The translations under genes and the position numbers were made by a program. A stretch of 52,510 nucleotides of DNA from Faecousia sp. (GTDB lineage: Bacteria > Bacillota > Clostridia > Oscillospirales > Oscillospiraceae), in NCBI GenBank assembly GCA_045659585.1, contig JAZOXB010000027.1, forward strand, positions 1-52,510. The letters are read 5' to 3'. Position 1 is the first letter of the stretch, and every line of letters starts with the position of its first letter. The notes beneath the pieces are model-generated. The model did not search any database, was not told the origin of the DNA, and worked only from the letters and a program-made list of their open reading frames with translations. This document shows positions 18,880 through 27,625 of the stretch, one piece after another.

Positions 18880-19473
18880 TTGAAGAGGGGATTCTTAATT
18901 ATATTGATTTTCTTCCTTCTTTCCACTCTGTGTGGTTGCGATGCGGATGACGAACCTTATATTATAAATCCGGTTCCGGAAACGGTTCCTCAGTCTACGG
19001 AACATTCTTTCGGGTATACAATTCCTACAGAGGAAACAGAGCCCATTTCCTATGATGAGTCAATATCTCTGATTATAGAGGAAACGACACCTCCTGAAGA
19101 ACGTGGATTTTATATTCAAGAAGATATCTGCATTGATGCAGGGTATGTTACACTGCACTATCCTATTGAATGGGCAGACTATCTGTATGTGGATATAAGT
19201 GATAATGGTATATCGGATGATATTATATTTTATGCAGTATTGCCTCAGTGTGAGACACCTCTGTTCACGATCTCAATCGGTGGCGAATTTGACTATCCCA
19301 TCGGTATAATAGGCGATAAAAATGAGTCATATTATGATATTGGTTTTTCGTGGGCAAATTTAGAAGAAAATGTATTAAACAATAGTCAAATATACGAGCT
19401 TGCCTGTGCTATGCAAGAGGCAGTTAATTATGTAATTGATAATCTTGCAACAGAAGAGGCATTCCGCAATTAG
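18880..19473 (+). CDS. Hypothetical acidic lipoprotein
   Basis: GGAGG upstream of a TTG start; signal peptide with lipobox-like LCGC; P/E/T-rich linker. Confidence 0.65.
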   Translation: MKRGFLIILIFFLLSTLCGCDADDEPYIINPVPETVPQSTEHSFGYTIPTEETEPISYDESISLIIEETTPPEERGFYIQEDICIDAGYVTLHYPIEWADYLYVDISDNGISDDIIFYAVLPQCETPLFTISIGGEFDYPIGIIGDKNESYYDIGFSWANLEENVLNNSQIYELACAMQEAVNYVIDNLATEEAFRN

Positions 19474-19525
19474 TATATGTACTTCGCTTAGAAGTGTGTA
19501 TAAATTTAAAAATGGAGGAAATGAA

Positions 19526-22500
19526 ATGAAAAACCGGTTTACCAAAGTAGTAGCATTTGTTATCTGCATGTGTATGCTGTTTAGCATTTTGCCTTTTGGC
19601 GTTTTTGCGGCAGTAAACTATGAAGATAGAGCAGATGATTACTACAAAGTCATCTCTCAAGATGACTACGAACTCGCACCTGGCATTCATGAGTCCGAAA
19701 TCGTTTTGAATAACGATGCAGGATCTCATCGTCAGGTCGCACACGTTGTTGAGATCGACATCAACAACCCCTATACTAAGGTCATTCCCAGCTATAAGGG
19801 AATGGTTCCTACCCCCGGCAAGTACGGTGTACAGATCATGTCTGAACAGGCTAAGTTTGCCGAAGAGAACGGCTATGGCAATGTTGTTGCTGCCATGAAT
19901 CTGAGCCTGAGCTGGTATGACAGCGCCTATTACACGGCTCATCCCGAACTGGTTGGCGAGCCTCTTGGGTATATGGTTCTTGATGGCCAGGTTTATACCA
20001 ATAGCCAGGGCAAGACTTCCGGTGCGCAGACCTGTCTCGTTATTAACTTTGACGAGAAGGATGGCGTTGCTCGTCCCGCTGATATGCCCAAGACCGAGAT
20101 TCGTGCCACTTCTTCTGCCATTACCGGTTGGGAAGAGCAGGTTATCCCTGCTAACTTTGGCTTCTTGGTTAAGGACGGCGTAAACCAGTATTCCAAGAAT
20201 CATACCAGCGATCCTGCTTCTCGTTCTTTTGTAGGTATCAAGGAAGATGGAAGCATTGTTATGGTTATGAATGACGGCCGTCAGTCTCCCTATTCTGCTG
20301 GCTTTAATAACTATGAGATGGCAGAGTTTATGCTCTCTCTTGGCTGTGTTCAGGCTGTTAATGGCGATGGCGGCGGTTCTTCTGCATTCCTATCTCAGAG
20401 ACCCGGCGAGGAGCTAAAGATTAACTGCAGTCCTTCCGACGGCGCAGAGCGCCCTACAACTCATGGTATTCTTGTTGTTTCCACTGCTCCTGCAACGGGC
20501 GAATTTGTTCGTGCAACTATTAGCGCTGAAAACAAATATTATACTCCCGGTAGTACCGTGGAGTTCTCTGCAGTTGGTACCGATCTTGTTGGTACTCTTG
20601 TGGATATTCCTACGGATGTTACTTGGCAGCTTACAGACCCTTCTATGGGCACAATAGAAGATGGTGTGTTTGTATCCAACGGTAAGGTTGGCATCGCAAC
20701 TGTGGAGATGGTTTTTAATGGTGAAGTTGTTGGCGCTGCTTCTGTTGAAATTGTAATTCCTACGGAATTCAGCTTCATGCAGTCGGTGATGACAGTTCCT
20801 TTTGGCAAGGAGGTTGCCATTGAGCTTAATGCTACCATTAATGGTGGCTTAAACCCTGTTGTCCTCAAAGCTGAAGATGTTGTGTTCAGTACTACGAATT
20901 CTGCTTTGGGAATATTCAATGGTTTCATGTTTACTTCTGTTAGCGAAGAAAATGCACCTGCCGACTTGAAGAGTACTCTTACTGCAACCCTTGTTCATAA
21001 TACTGCGCTTGTTGCAACAGCTTCCCTGAGCCTTGGTAAAGGCTCTGAGATTCTCTTTGACTTTGAAGAACCTACTGATATTGATGAGTGGAATGTAGCT
21101 GATGTTAATAAGCATGATAAGGGATTCTATCATAATCTCGCTTTTGCTGATGCAACCAACGGGCAGGTTCATCACGGCAATGGTTCCATGAGAGTTGAGC
21201 TGAATCCTATAGCTGCAGAAGGTGTTGGAAGCGGCGGTTATGGTCAGGAAGGCTTACATCTTGACCATGGAGTTGTTATTGAAAATGCAAAATCTCTTGG
21301 CTTCTGGGCATATATTTCGGATGACTTTGTGCATTGCATAATTCGTATAATGTATTGGTACGATTCCAATAATGATGGCGTATATGATAAGAAAAATTCT
21401 GTTTATGTAATGCAACAACCGGAAGTGTATGACACTTATGATGCATCCGGTTGGAAATATTTCTCTGTTGATGTAAGTGCCTACAGCGAGATTTTTATTC
21501 CCGGATTAGATTCGAAAACGAATTTCGCATATTCTTCCGGACTTTCCAATGCAAGCAATTATCGTTTTATCGAGATTTCCTTCCCGCATACCAATACTAA
21601 CAATCTGTGGAAGGAATATGGTACTCTCAACGGTCTGCAAACCGTGTACATCGATGAGATTACAGTAGACTATTCTGATGCAGTTGAAGATAGAGAAGCC
21701 CCCATTTTTGAAAAGGTGGAGATGGCTGAAATCGAATCTGTCGTTGAACTGAAAAAGCATAGTATTGCAACTACGAATAACAATCTTCTCTCGATTATTG
21801 CAAATGTGAAAGAAAATACAGCAAAAACGAATGCCACCGGCTTGAATGTTGCAAGTGCTAAGGCATATATTGATGGTGTTGAAGTTCCTGCTACTTTCGC
21901 AAACGGTAGAATGATGATCAGCGATGTCGCTGTGGCAGATGGTGTTCATCGTGTCAAGTTTGAGATCTGTGATAATACGGGTAATAAGGCTGTTGTTGTC
22001 AGACTTGTGAATGTAGTTTCCGGTGTAGATGCTTCTACCGTTCAGCTCGTTCCCGCTGATCCTACTCTTAACAACCTTTACGGTGGCTCCGTTTATTGGA
22101 TGAATGTAAATGCCAATAAGATTGAAACCATTCAGTCTGTGAAGGCAGTTATTGATTTGAACTACGGCAACCATTTTGAACTCGATAATATGGTATTAGC
22201 AGACGGATTTACTGCTACTTATACGATTGATGAAGAAAATAATACGGCTACCGTTGAGATTTCCCGAACAGGCGTGAATACTCAGTCCGGTGCAGCCACT
22301 CTCGCGGCTCTCCCGATTCGAGTAATCTATTACGATACCGATATCAACCTCGAGGCCTACACTGCAGCTACTTATTGGAATAACTACACATTCTGGCCCT
22401 TTGACCTCAAGGTAGATGTTGATATGGGTGAAATCACCTATGTTGATGGTTATACTTCTGATGTTCTCGGTGTATTCTCCAATGAGGAATTCAGTGTAGA

Positions 22501-24106
22501 TACTGAACTTCAGACTGCTTTCTCCAATGCTGCATTCAAAGCAGAGAGGGGTACTGCACATGTCCATACTCCTGTAGCAGTTGAAGATCATGCGGCTAAC
22601 TGCACTGAGCCCGGTTATTCCGGAAGAACCTTCTGCGATGTTTGTGATTCTATTGTGGAATGGGGAACTATTCCTGCGACGGGACATAACTGGGTTGTTG
22701 ATGGTGCGATTAAGAGTTGCGAATGCGGTGCTTCTAAGAGTGCAACAGATCTGACTGGTTGGCAGAATATCGATGGCGTTGATTACTATTTCACTTCTAC
22801 CGCTAATGTTGTAGACGGTGAATATGCAGTTGATGGCCATACCTATGTGTTTGAGAATAGTAAGCTTGTAAAGGGCGCATGGGAGAATGATGGAATCGGC
22901 CTGACTTATTGGTGGGCTGGCCAGCAGCAAAGGGGTGGCTGGACCGAGATCAACGGATCCAAGTATTTCTTTACCGGTATCTATGCAAATGTTGGTGTTG
23001 CTAAGGTAGCACTTTCCACCGATCTTGGATGGAGATTGTATATCTTTACCGATGATGGTGTTTGGCTTGAAGATTTGAATGGCCTGCATACATGGGGTGG
23101 GGAAACCTACTATGCCGAAAACGGTATTGCAATTTATGCCGGTCTGGTTCAGGATGCTGATGGTAATTATTATTACATTAACAGTACATTTAAGGCTGTT
23201 AAGAATACTTCTTATAACATCAGCGAGGCAAGAGCTAATGGCTTACTGCCCGCCGGCAAATACGAGTTCGGTCCCGACGGTAAGATGATTGTTGAGAACG
23301 AAACTCCTGAGACTCCTGAGACTCCCGAGACTCCCGAGACTCCCGCAGTCAAGAACGGACTGATTGTTGATGAGGACGGCGAGATTCGCTACTATGTTGA
23401 TGGTGTTGCTACTTATGCCGGTATGGTTAAGGATGCTGAGGGCAATATCTACTATATCAACAGCACTCTGAAGGCTGTTAAGAATACTTTCTACACAATC
23501 AGCGCGGCTAGAACTAACGGCATTATGCCTGCCGGTAAATATGAGTTCGGTCCCGACGGCAAGATGATCGTAGAAACTGAAGAGCCCGAGACTCCTGAAA
23601 CTCCTGCAGTTAAGAATGGTTTGGTCGTTGACGAAGATGGCGAGATTCGCTACTATGTCGATGGCGTTGCAACCTATGCCGGTCTTGTCAAGGATGCAGA
23701 AGGTAACATCTATTACATTAACAGCACCAAGAAGGCTGTTAAGAATACCTTCTATACTATCAGCGAGGCAAGAGCGAATGGTATTATGCCTGCAGGCAGA
23801 TATCAGTTTGGTGCTGATGGCAAGATGATCCTGAAGACTGAGGAGCCCGAGACTCCTGAGGCTCCTGCGGTTAAGAATGGCCTGATCGTCGACGAAGATG
23901 GCGAGATCCGTTACTATGTCGATGGTGTTGCTACTTATGCCGGTTTGGTTAAGGATGCAGATGGAAATTACTACTACATTAACAGCTCTAAGAAGGCTGT
24001 AAAGAATACTACATACGGAATTTCTGAAGCTAAGACCAATGGATTACTTCCCGCCGGTAGATACCAGTTTGGTGCAGACGGCAAGATGGTTAATCCTCCT
24101 GCATAA
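19526..24106 (+). CDS. 1526-aa secreted multidomain protein with an N-terminal phosphodiester glycosidase (NAGPA-like) domain and C-terminal aromatic wall-binding-like repeats
   Basis: GGAGG RBS; signal peptide; SRSFVGIKEDG...NDGRQ...AVNGDGGGSS...PSDGAER motifs; Ig-like middle region; four C-terminal repeats. Confidence 0.8.
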   Translation: MKNRFTKVVAFVICMCMLFSILPFGVFAAVNYEDRADDYYKVISQDDYELAPGIHESEIVLNNDAGSHRQVAHVVEIDINNPYTKVIPSYKGMVPTPGKYGVQIMSEQAKFAEENGYGNVVAAMNLSLSWYDSAYYTAHPELVGEPLGYMVLDGQVYTNSQGKTSGAQTCLVINFDEKDGVARPADMPKTEIRATSSAITGWEEQVIPANFGFLVKDGVNQYSKNHTSDPASRSFVGIKEDGSIVMVMNDGRQSPYSAGFNNYEMAEFMLSLGCVQAVNGDGGGSSAFLSQRPGEELKINCSPSDGAERPTTHGILVVSTAPATGEFVRATISAENKYYTPGSTVEFSAVGTDLVGTLVDIPTDVTWQLTDPSMGTIEDGVFVSNGKVGIATVEMVFNGEVVGAASVEIVIPTEFSFMQSVMTVPFGKEVAIELNATINGGLNPVVLKAEDVVFSTTNSALGIFNGFMFTSVSEENAPADLKSTLTATLVHNTALVATASLSLGKGSEILFDFEEPTDIDEWNVADVNKHDKGFYHNLAFADATNGQVHHGNGSMRVELNPIAAEGVGSGGYGQEGLHLDHGVVIENAKSLGFWAYISDDFVHCIIRIMYWYDSNNDGVYDKKNSVYVMQQPEVYDTYDASGWKYFSVDVSAYSEIFIPGLDSKTNFAYSSGLSNASNYRFIEISFPHTNTNNLWKEYGTLNGLQTVYIDEITVDYSDAVEDREAPIFEKVEMAEIESVVELKKHSIATTNNNLLSIIANVKENTAKTNATGLNVASAKAYIDGVEVPATFANGRMMISDVAVADGVHRVKFEICDNTGNKAVVVRLVNVVSGVDASTVQLVPADPTLNNLYGGSVYWMNVNANKIETIQSVKAVIDLNYGNHFELDNMVLADGFTATYTIDEENNTATVEISRTGVNTQSGAATLAALPIRVIYYDTDINLEAYTAATYWNNYTFWPFDLKVDVDMGEITYVDGYTSDVLGVFSNEEFSVDTELQTAFSNAAFKAERGTAHVHTPVAVEDHAANCTEPGYSGRTFCDVCDSIVEWGTIPATGHNWVVDGAIKSCECGASKSATDLTGWQNIDGVDYYFTSTANVVDGEYAVDGHTYVFENSKLVKGAWENDGIGLTYWWAGQQQRGGWTEINGSKYFFTGIYANVGVAKVALSTDLGWRLYIFTDDGVWLEDLNGLHTWGGETYYAENGIAIYAGLVQDADGNYYYINSTFKAVKNTSYNISEARANGLLPAGKYEFGPDGKMIVENETPETPETPETPETPAVKNGLIVDEDGEIRYYVDGVATYAGMVKDAEGNIYYINSTLKAVKNTFYTISAARTNGIMPAGKYEFGPDGKMIVETEEPETPETPAVKNGLVVDEDGEIRYYVDGVATYAGLVKDAEGNIYYINSTKKAVKNTFYTISEARANGIMPAGRYQFGADGKMILKTEEPETPEAPAVKNGLIVDEDGEIRYYVDGVATYAGLVKDADGNYYYINSSKKAVKNTTYGISEAKTNGLLPAGRYQFGADGKMVNPPA
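23078..24103 (+). repeat. Four ~73-aa intragenic repeats separated by (ETP)n linkers
   Basis: NGL..DEDGEIRYYVDG...YAG.V.DA.GN.YYINS...PAG.Y.FG.DGKM unit, first copy most divergent; 9-nt GARACTCCY x5 at 23300-23344. Confidence 0.9.
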
Positions 24107-24119
24107 TTTTATTCCTTTC

Positions 24120-24201
24120 TCCGCCACAGGCTTCGGCCTGTGGCGGACCAGTTCATAGATTGTAGGCAAAGAATTTGGATTTGTATATCCAAATTCTTTG
24201 C
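24120..24201 (+). other. Two strong intergenic hairpins lacking a U tract (RNA stability or processing element?)
   Basis: TCCGCCACAGGC-TTCG-GCCTGTGGCGGA at 24120-24147 and 15-bp GCAAAGAATTTGGAT/ATCCAAATTCTTTGC at 24166-24201. Confidence 0.65.
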
Positions 24202-24229
24202 GTACTATCTGTAAATAGAGGGGGAGCGT

Positions 24230-25354
24230 ATGAAAACAGTTTTTTTGTCTAACTATTTTAATCATCATCAGCGATCCCTTTGCCATGCACTCTATAATGG
24301 AACGAATGGGGAATTTGCTTTTATCGAGACTTCACAGATGCGCCAGGAGCGGATAGATTTAGGTTATGGCGAAAATGCTATACCGGAATATGTCTGTCAT
24401 TGGAATAAAGAAAGAGATTTGTGTAAAAAGCTTTTAGATGATGCAGAGTTGATAATTTGTGGATCAGTAGATGAAAGTATCGTTCGCCCATACATACTTC
24501 GAGGGATCATATGTTTTCGGTATCAAGAAAGACCGTTTAAAATCAGAGAAAAATGGTATAAATACCCCTTGCGTTGGTTGAAATGGCATTATTTGAATCC
24601 ACGACGTAAACCGGTATATTTACTGTGTGCCAGTGCCTATGCCTATGGAGACTATTCGCGCTATGGAATGTTTAAGGGAAGAGCTTTTCGTTGGGGATAT
24701 TTCCCGAAAACAATTTTATATGATGATGTTAGAAATAATAAAAATTTTAGTGAAATACTCTGGTGTGCTCGATTTATAGATTGGAAACAACCTGAATTTG
24801 CAATATCCTTAGCACGTTATCTTAAGAACAAAGGATATTCCTTTGTTTTGAATATGATTGGTACCGGTGAACTTTTACCACAAATTCAACAACGTATTGA
24901 GGAAGAAAATTTGCGTGGTTATGTAAATTGTTTGGGATCGATGAAGCCTGATGCTGTTCGGAAACATATGGAACGCGCAGGAATCTTTTTAATGACGAGC
25001 AATCGACGGGAAGGATGGGGTGCCGTTCTCAATGAAGCGATGAATAGCGGATGCGCGATAGTTGCTTGTCGAGAGGCCGGCTCTGTTCCGTATTTGATAG
25101 GTGAATCTATGAACGGATTATCCTACTCGTCAGAATCTGAGATGCACCTACATGTTGAGCGATTGTTGAATGATTTTGATTTTCAGAACAGTATTGGAAG
25201 AAATGCTTATAAAACGATCATTGAGGAATGGAACGCTGAGATTGCTGCCAATAGGCTTCTTTCCCTTGCAAAGAGGCTTCCATCTGATGAACTTGTTGCG
25301 AGGAATGCGTATAGTTCCGGTCCCTGTAGCTTTGAAACCGATGTTCTTGAATAA
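24230..25354 (+). CDS. Glycosyltransferase GT4
   Basis: ARFIDWKQP and EGWGAVLNEAMNSGC motifs. Confidence 0.9.
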   Translation: MKTVFLSNYFNHHQRSLCHALYNGTNGEFAFIETSQMRQERIDLGYGENAIPEYVCHWNKERDLCKKLLDDAELIICGSVDESIVRPYILRGIICFRYQERPFKIREKWYKYPLRWLKWHYLNPRRKPVYLLCASAYAYGDYSRYGMFKGRAFRWGYFPKTILYDDVRNNKNFSEILWCARFIDWKQPEFAISLARYLKNKGYSFVLNMIGTGELLPQIQQRIEEENLRGYVNCLGSMKPDAVRKHMERAGIFLMTSNRREGWGAVLNEAMNSGCAIVACREAGSVPYLIGESMNGLSYSSESEMHLHVERLLNDFDFQNSIGRNAYKTIIEEWNAEIAANRLLSLAKRLPSDELVARNAYSSGPCSFETDVLE

Positions 25355-25385
25355 GGCTTATTTAAGCCAACTATAGGAGCAAAAT

Positions 25386-26450
25386 ATGAAAAAAGTTCTT
25401 GTTACAACATATTGTGAACCTGGAAGTTATGGTTCTATGCTTCAAGCTCATGCTTTTCAAACTTTTTTGGGTCAGATGGGGTATGAGGGCTATGTTATGC
25501 CTCCCTATCCGATTCAGTCATCTGCAAAGGAATGTATTTATAAAAAAGAAAAGCGAATGAAGCACCTTCCTCTGAATCTACATTACTTCTTACACCGGAG
25601 AGAGCTGTGTCGTAGATATACCGGTACATTAGAGTTTATGCACAAGCATATTCGTATCGCTCCTCATATAAGCTTTGAGAAATTGAAACATTCTGAACCT
25701 GAGTATGATGCCTATATTACAGGAAGCGATCAAGTGTGGCATCCCGGACTGATGAATCCCTTTTTCTTTCTGGATTTCCTTCCCAAAGATGTTAAACGGA
25801 TTAGCTATGCAGCTAGCATGGGAAGTTTGAGCTTAAATTCCGAACGAAAAAAGGCTTTGGAGAAGTATTTGAGTGATTTTTATGCAATTTCTGTCAGAGA
25901 AAAAGATAATGCATTGCTATTAGATAAAATTGTCGATGTTGACATTCATACTCATATCGACCCGGTATTTTTGCTCAATGCTGAATATTGGCGTGGTATT
26001 TCTAAAGTATATAACATTAATAGACCGTATATTCTTGTATATGCACTTTATTGGGATCCGGTTTACAATTTGCAGCTTGAAAAACTTTCTAATGAATCCG
26101 GCATACAAATTATTGCAATATGTAAAGGTTACAGTAAAGTATATGCTAATAAAAAAATATATGATGCAGATTTACAGCAATTTATATGGTTGTTTGATCA
26201 TGCTGAAGCAGTGATATCAAGCTCTTTCCATGGCGTAGCGATGTCTATTTTACTGGGCAAACGTTTTTCTGCCGTTATTAACCCCAATATGCCGTCAAGA
26301 ATATCTTCTTTGTTAGAACTGCTTGGCGTAGAGAATGTACCTATATCCCAACTGCTTTCTTCCGATGGCGTTTGCGGGGATAGCATTCATTCTCGAATTG
26401 AAGAAGAGAGAACAAAAAGCTTTAACTATTTGAAAGGGGTTCTTCCATGA
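25386..26450 (+). CDS. Polysaccharide pyruvyl transferase family protein
   Basis: SYGSMLQ, ITGSDQVW, ISYAAS, ISVRE, DPVFLL and SSFHG motifs. Confidence 0.9.
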   Translation: MKKVLVTTYCEPGSYGSMLQAHAFQTFLGQMGYEGYVMPPYPIQSSAKECIYKKEKRMKHLPLNLHYFLHRRELCRRYTGTLEFMHKHIRIAPHISFEKLKHSEPEYDAYITGSDQVWHPGLMNPFFFLDFLPKDVKRISYAASMGSLSLNSERKKALEKYLSDFYAISVREKDNALLLDKIVDVDIHTHIDPVFLLNAEYWRGISKVYNINRPYILVYALYWDPVYNLQLEKLSNESGIQIIAICKGYSKVYANKKIYDADLQQFIWLFDHAEAVISSSFHGVAMSILLGKRFSAVINPNMPSRISSLLELLGVENVPISQLLSSDGVCGDSIHSRIEEERTKSFNYLKGVLP

Positions 26451-27625
26451 TTGTGGATCAACATATTTGCACAAACTGCGGAGCATGCTATAATTCTTGC
26501 AATCTAGGTGCAATTGTGGTTGAATCTAGTGGTTTGTTTTACTCTCCTACTATAAATGCTGATAAGTGCATAGACTGTGGCTTATGCGAGAAGGTATGTC
26601 CCCTTAACGAAAATACTTTGAATCATAAACCTCTTGTAGCTTATGGCGCCTGCAATCGTGATATAGAAGTCCTACGCAAAAGTTCTTCCGGGGGATTGTT
26701 TTATACATTTTCCAAATGGATCATTGATCAGGGAGGGATAGTCTACGGTGCTGTATTTGATGATGATTTTCGTTCAGTGAAAATCTGTGGCACGGATGAA
26801 GCTCCTTTGAGCAAAATGCTTAAAAGTAAATATGTTGAGAGTACTGTCGGCAATAGCTTTGCAGAGATAAAACAGCACTTGTCCTCTGGCAGAATTGTTT
26901 TGTTTTCCGGCACGCCTTGCCAGGTTGCCGGCCTAAAAAGCTATCTTGGAAGGGAATACTCCAACTTATACACTTGCGACTTTGCTTGCGGTGGTCTACC
27001 CTCACATCAATTATATGTGGAATACATCTCTGAAATGGAGTCGAAATTTGGTGCGAAAGTAGAGAGCATTGATTTTCGTAGCAAACGATCGGGGTGGAGT
27101 TCCCATTACCATATTGAAATTGGTTTTAAGAATGGGAAACGATATAGCGTACCCGCGAGTTTAGACCCATATCTATCTTCCTTTTTAAGGGGGCATTTAA
27201 GTGTGAGAGATGCTTGCACAAACTGCCACTTTAATAAGGAGCATTGTTCCGATATTGTTTTAGGAGATTTTTGGAAATATCGGAGTATATCTAATCGATG
27301 GAAAAAGTCGTATGATGGGTTATCTCTGATTCTTTGCAATTCCACTAAAGGAAATTCTTTGTTCCAATCGGTTTCTGATCAGCTGGTTTTCGAAGAACTT
27401 TCCTTGACAGACGCGACCTATGATTTGCGTGAGCGTCGGTTCCAACCTGAGAGATTGGAACGACGACAGAAATTTTTGGATTGCTCTGCAGAGCATGGAC
27501 TTACAGCTGCTGCGGATAAATTCACATTACCTTCGGCAAAGCTTAAATTTAAGATACGGCTGAATGCAGCGTATAGACGATTTTTGTTCTTATGTTATTG
27601 TTTCTTTAAAGGAGATCACAATTGA
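26447..27625 (+). CDS. 4Fe-4S protein with an F420 hydrogenase/dehydrogenase beta-subunit-like domain
   Basis: Two CxxCxxCxxxC motifs; SSSGG, SKYVES, GTPCQVAGL, C..C.F and DIVLGDFW motifs. Confidence 0.88.
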   Translation: MIVDQHICTNCGACYNSCNLGAIVVESSGLFYSPTINADKCIDCGLCEKVCPLNENTLNHKPLVAYGACNRDIEVLRKSSSGGLFYTFSKWIIDQGGIVYGAVFDDDFRSVKICGTDEAPLSKMLKSKYVESTVGNSFAEIKQHLSSGRIVLFSGTPCQVAGLKSYLGREYSNLYTCDFACGGLPSHQLYVEYISEMESKFGAKVESIDFRSKRSGWSSHYHIEIGFKNGKRYSVPASLDPYLSSFLRGHLSVRDACTNCHFNKEHCSDIVLGDFWKYRSISNRWKKSYDGLSLILCNSTKGNSLFQSVSDQLVFEELSLTDATYDLRERRFQPERLERRQKFLDCSAEHGLTAAADKFTLPSAKLKFKIRLNAAYRRFLFLCYCFFKGDHN

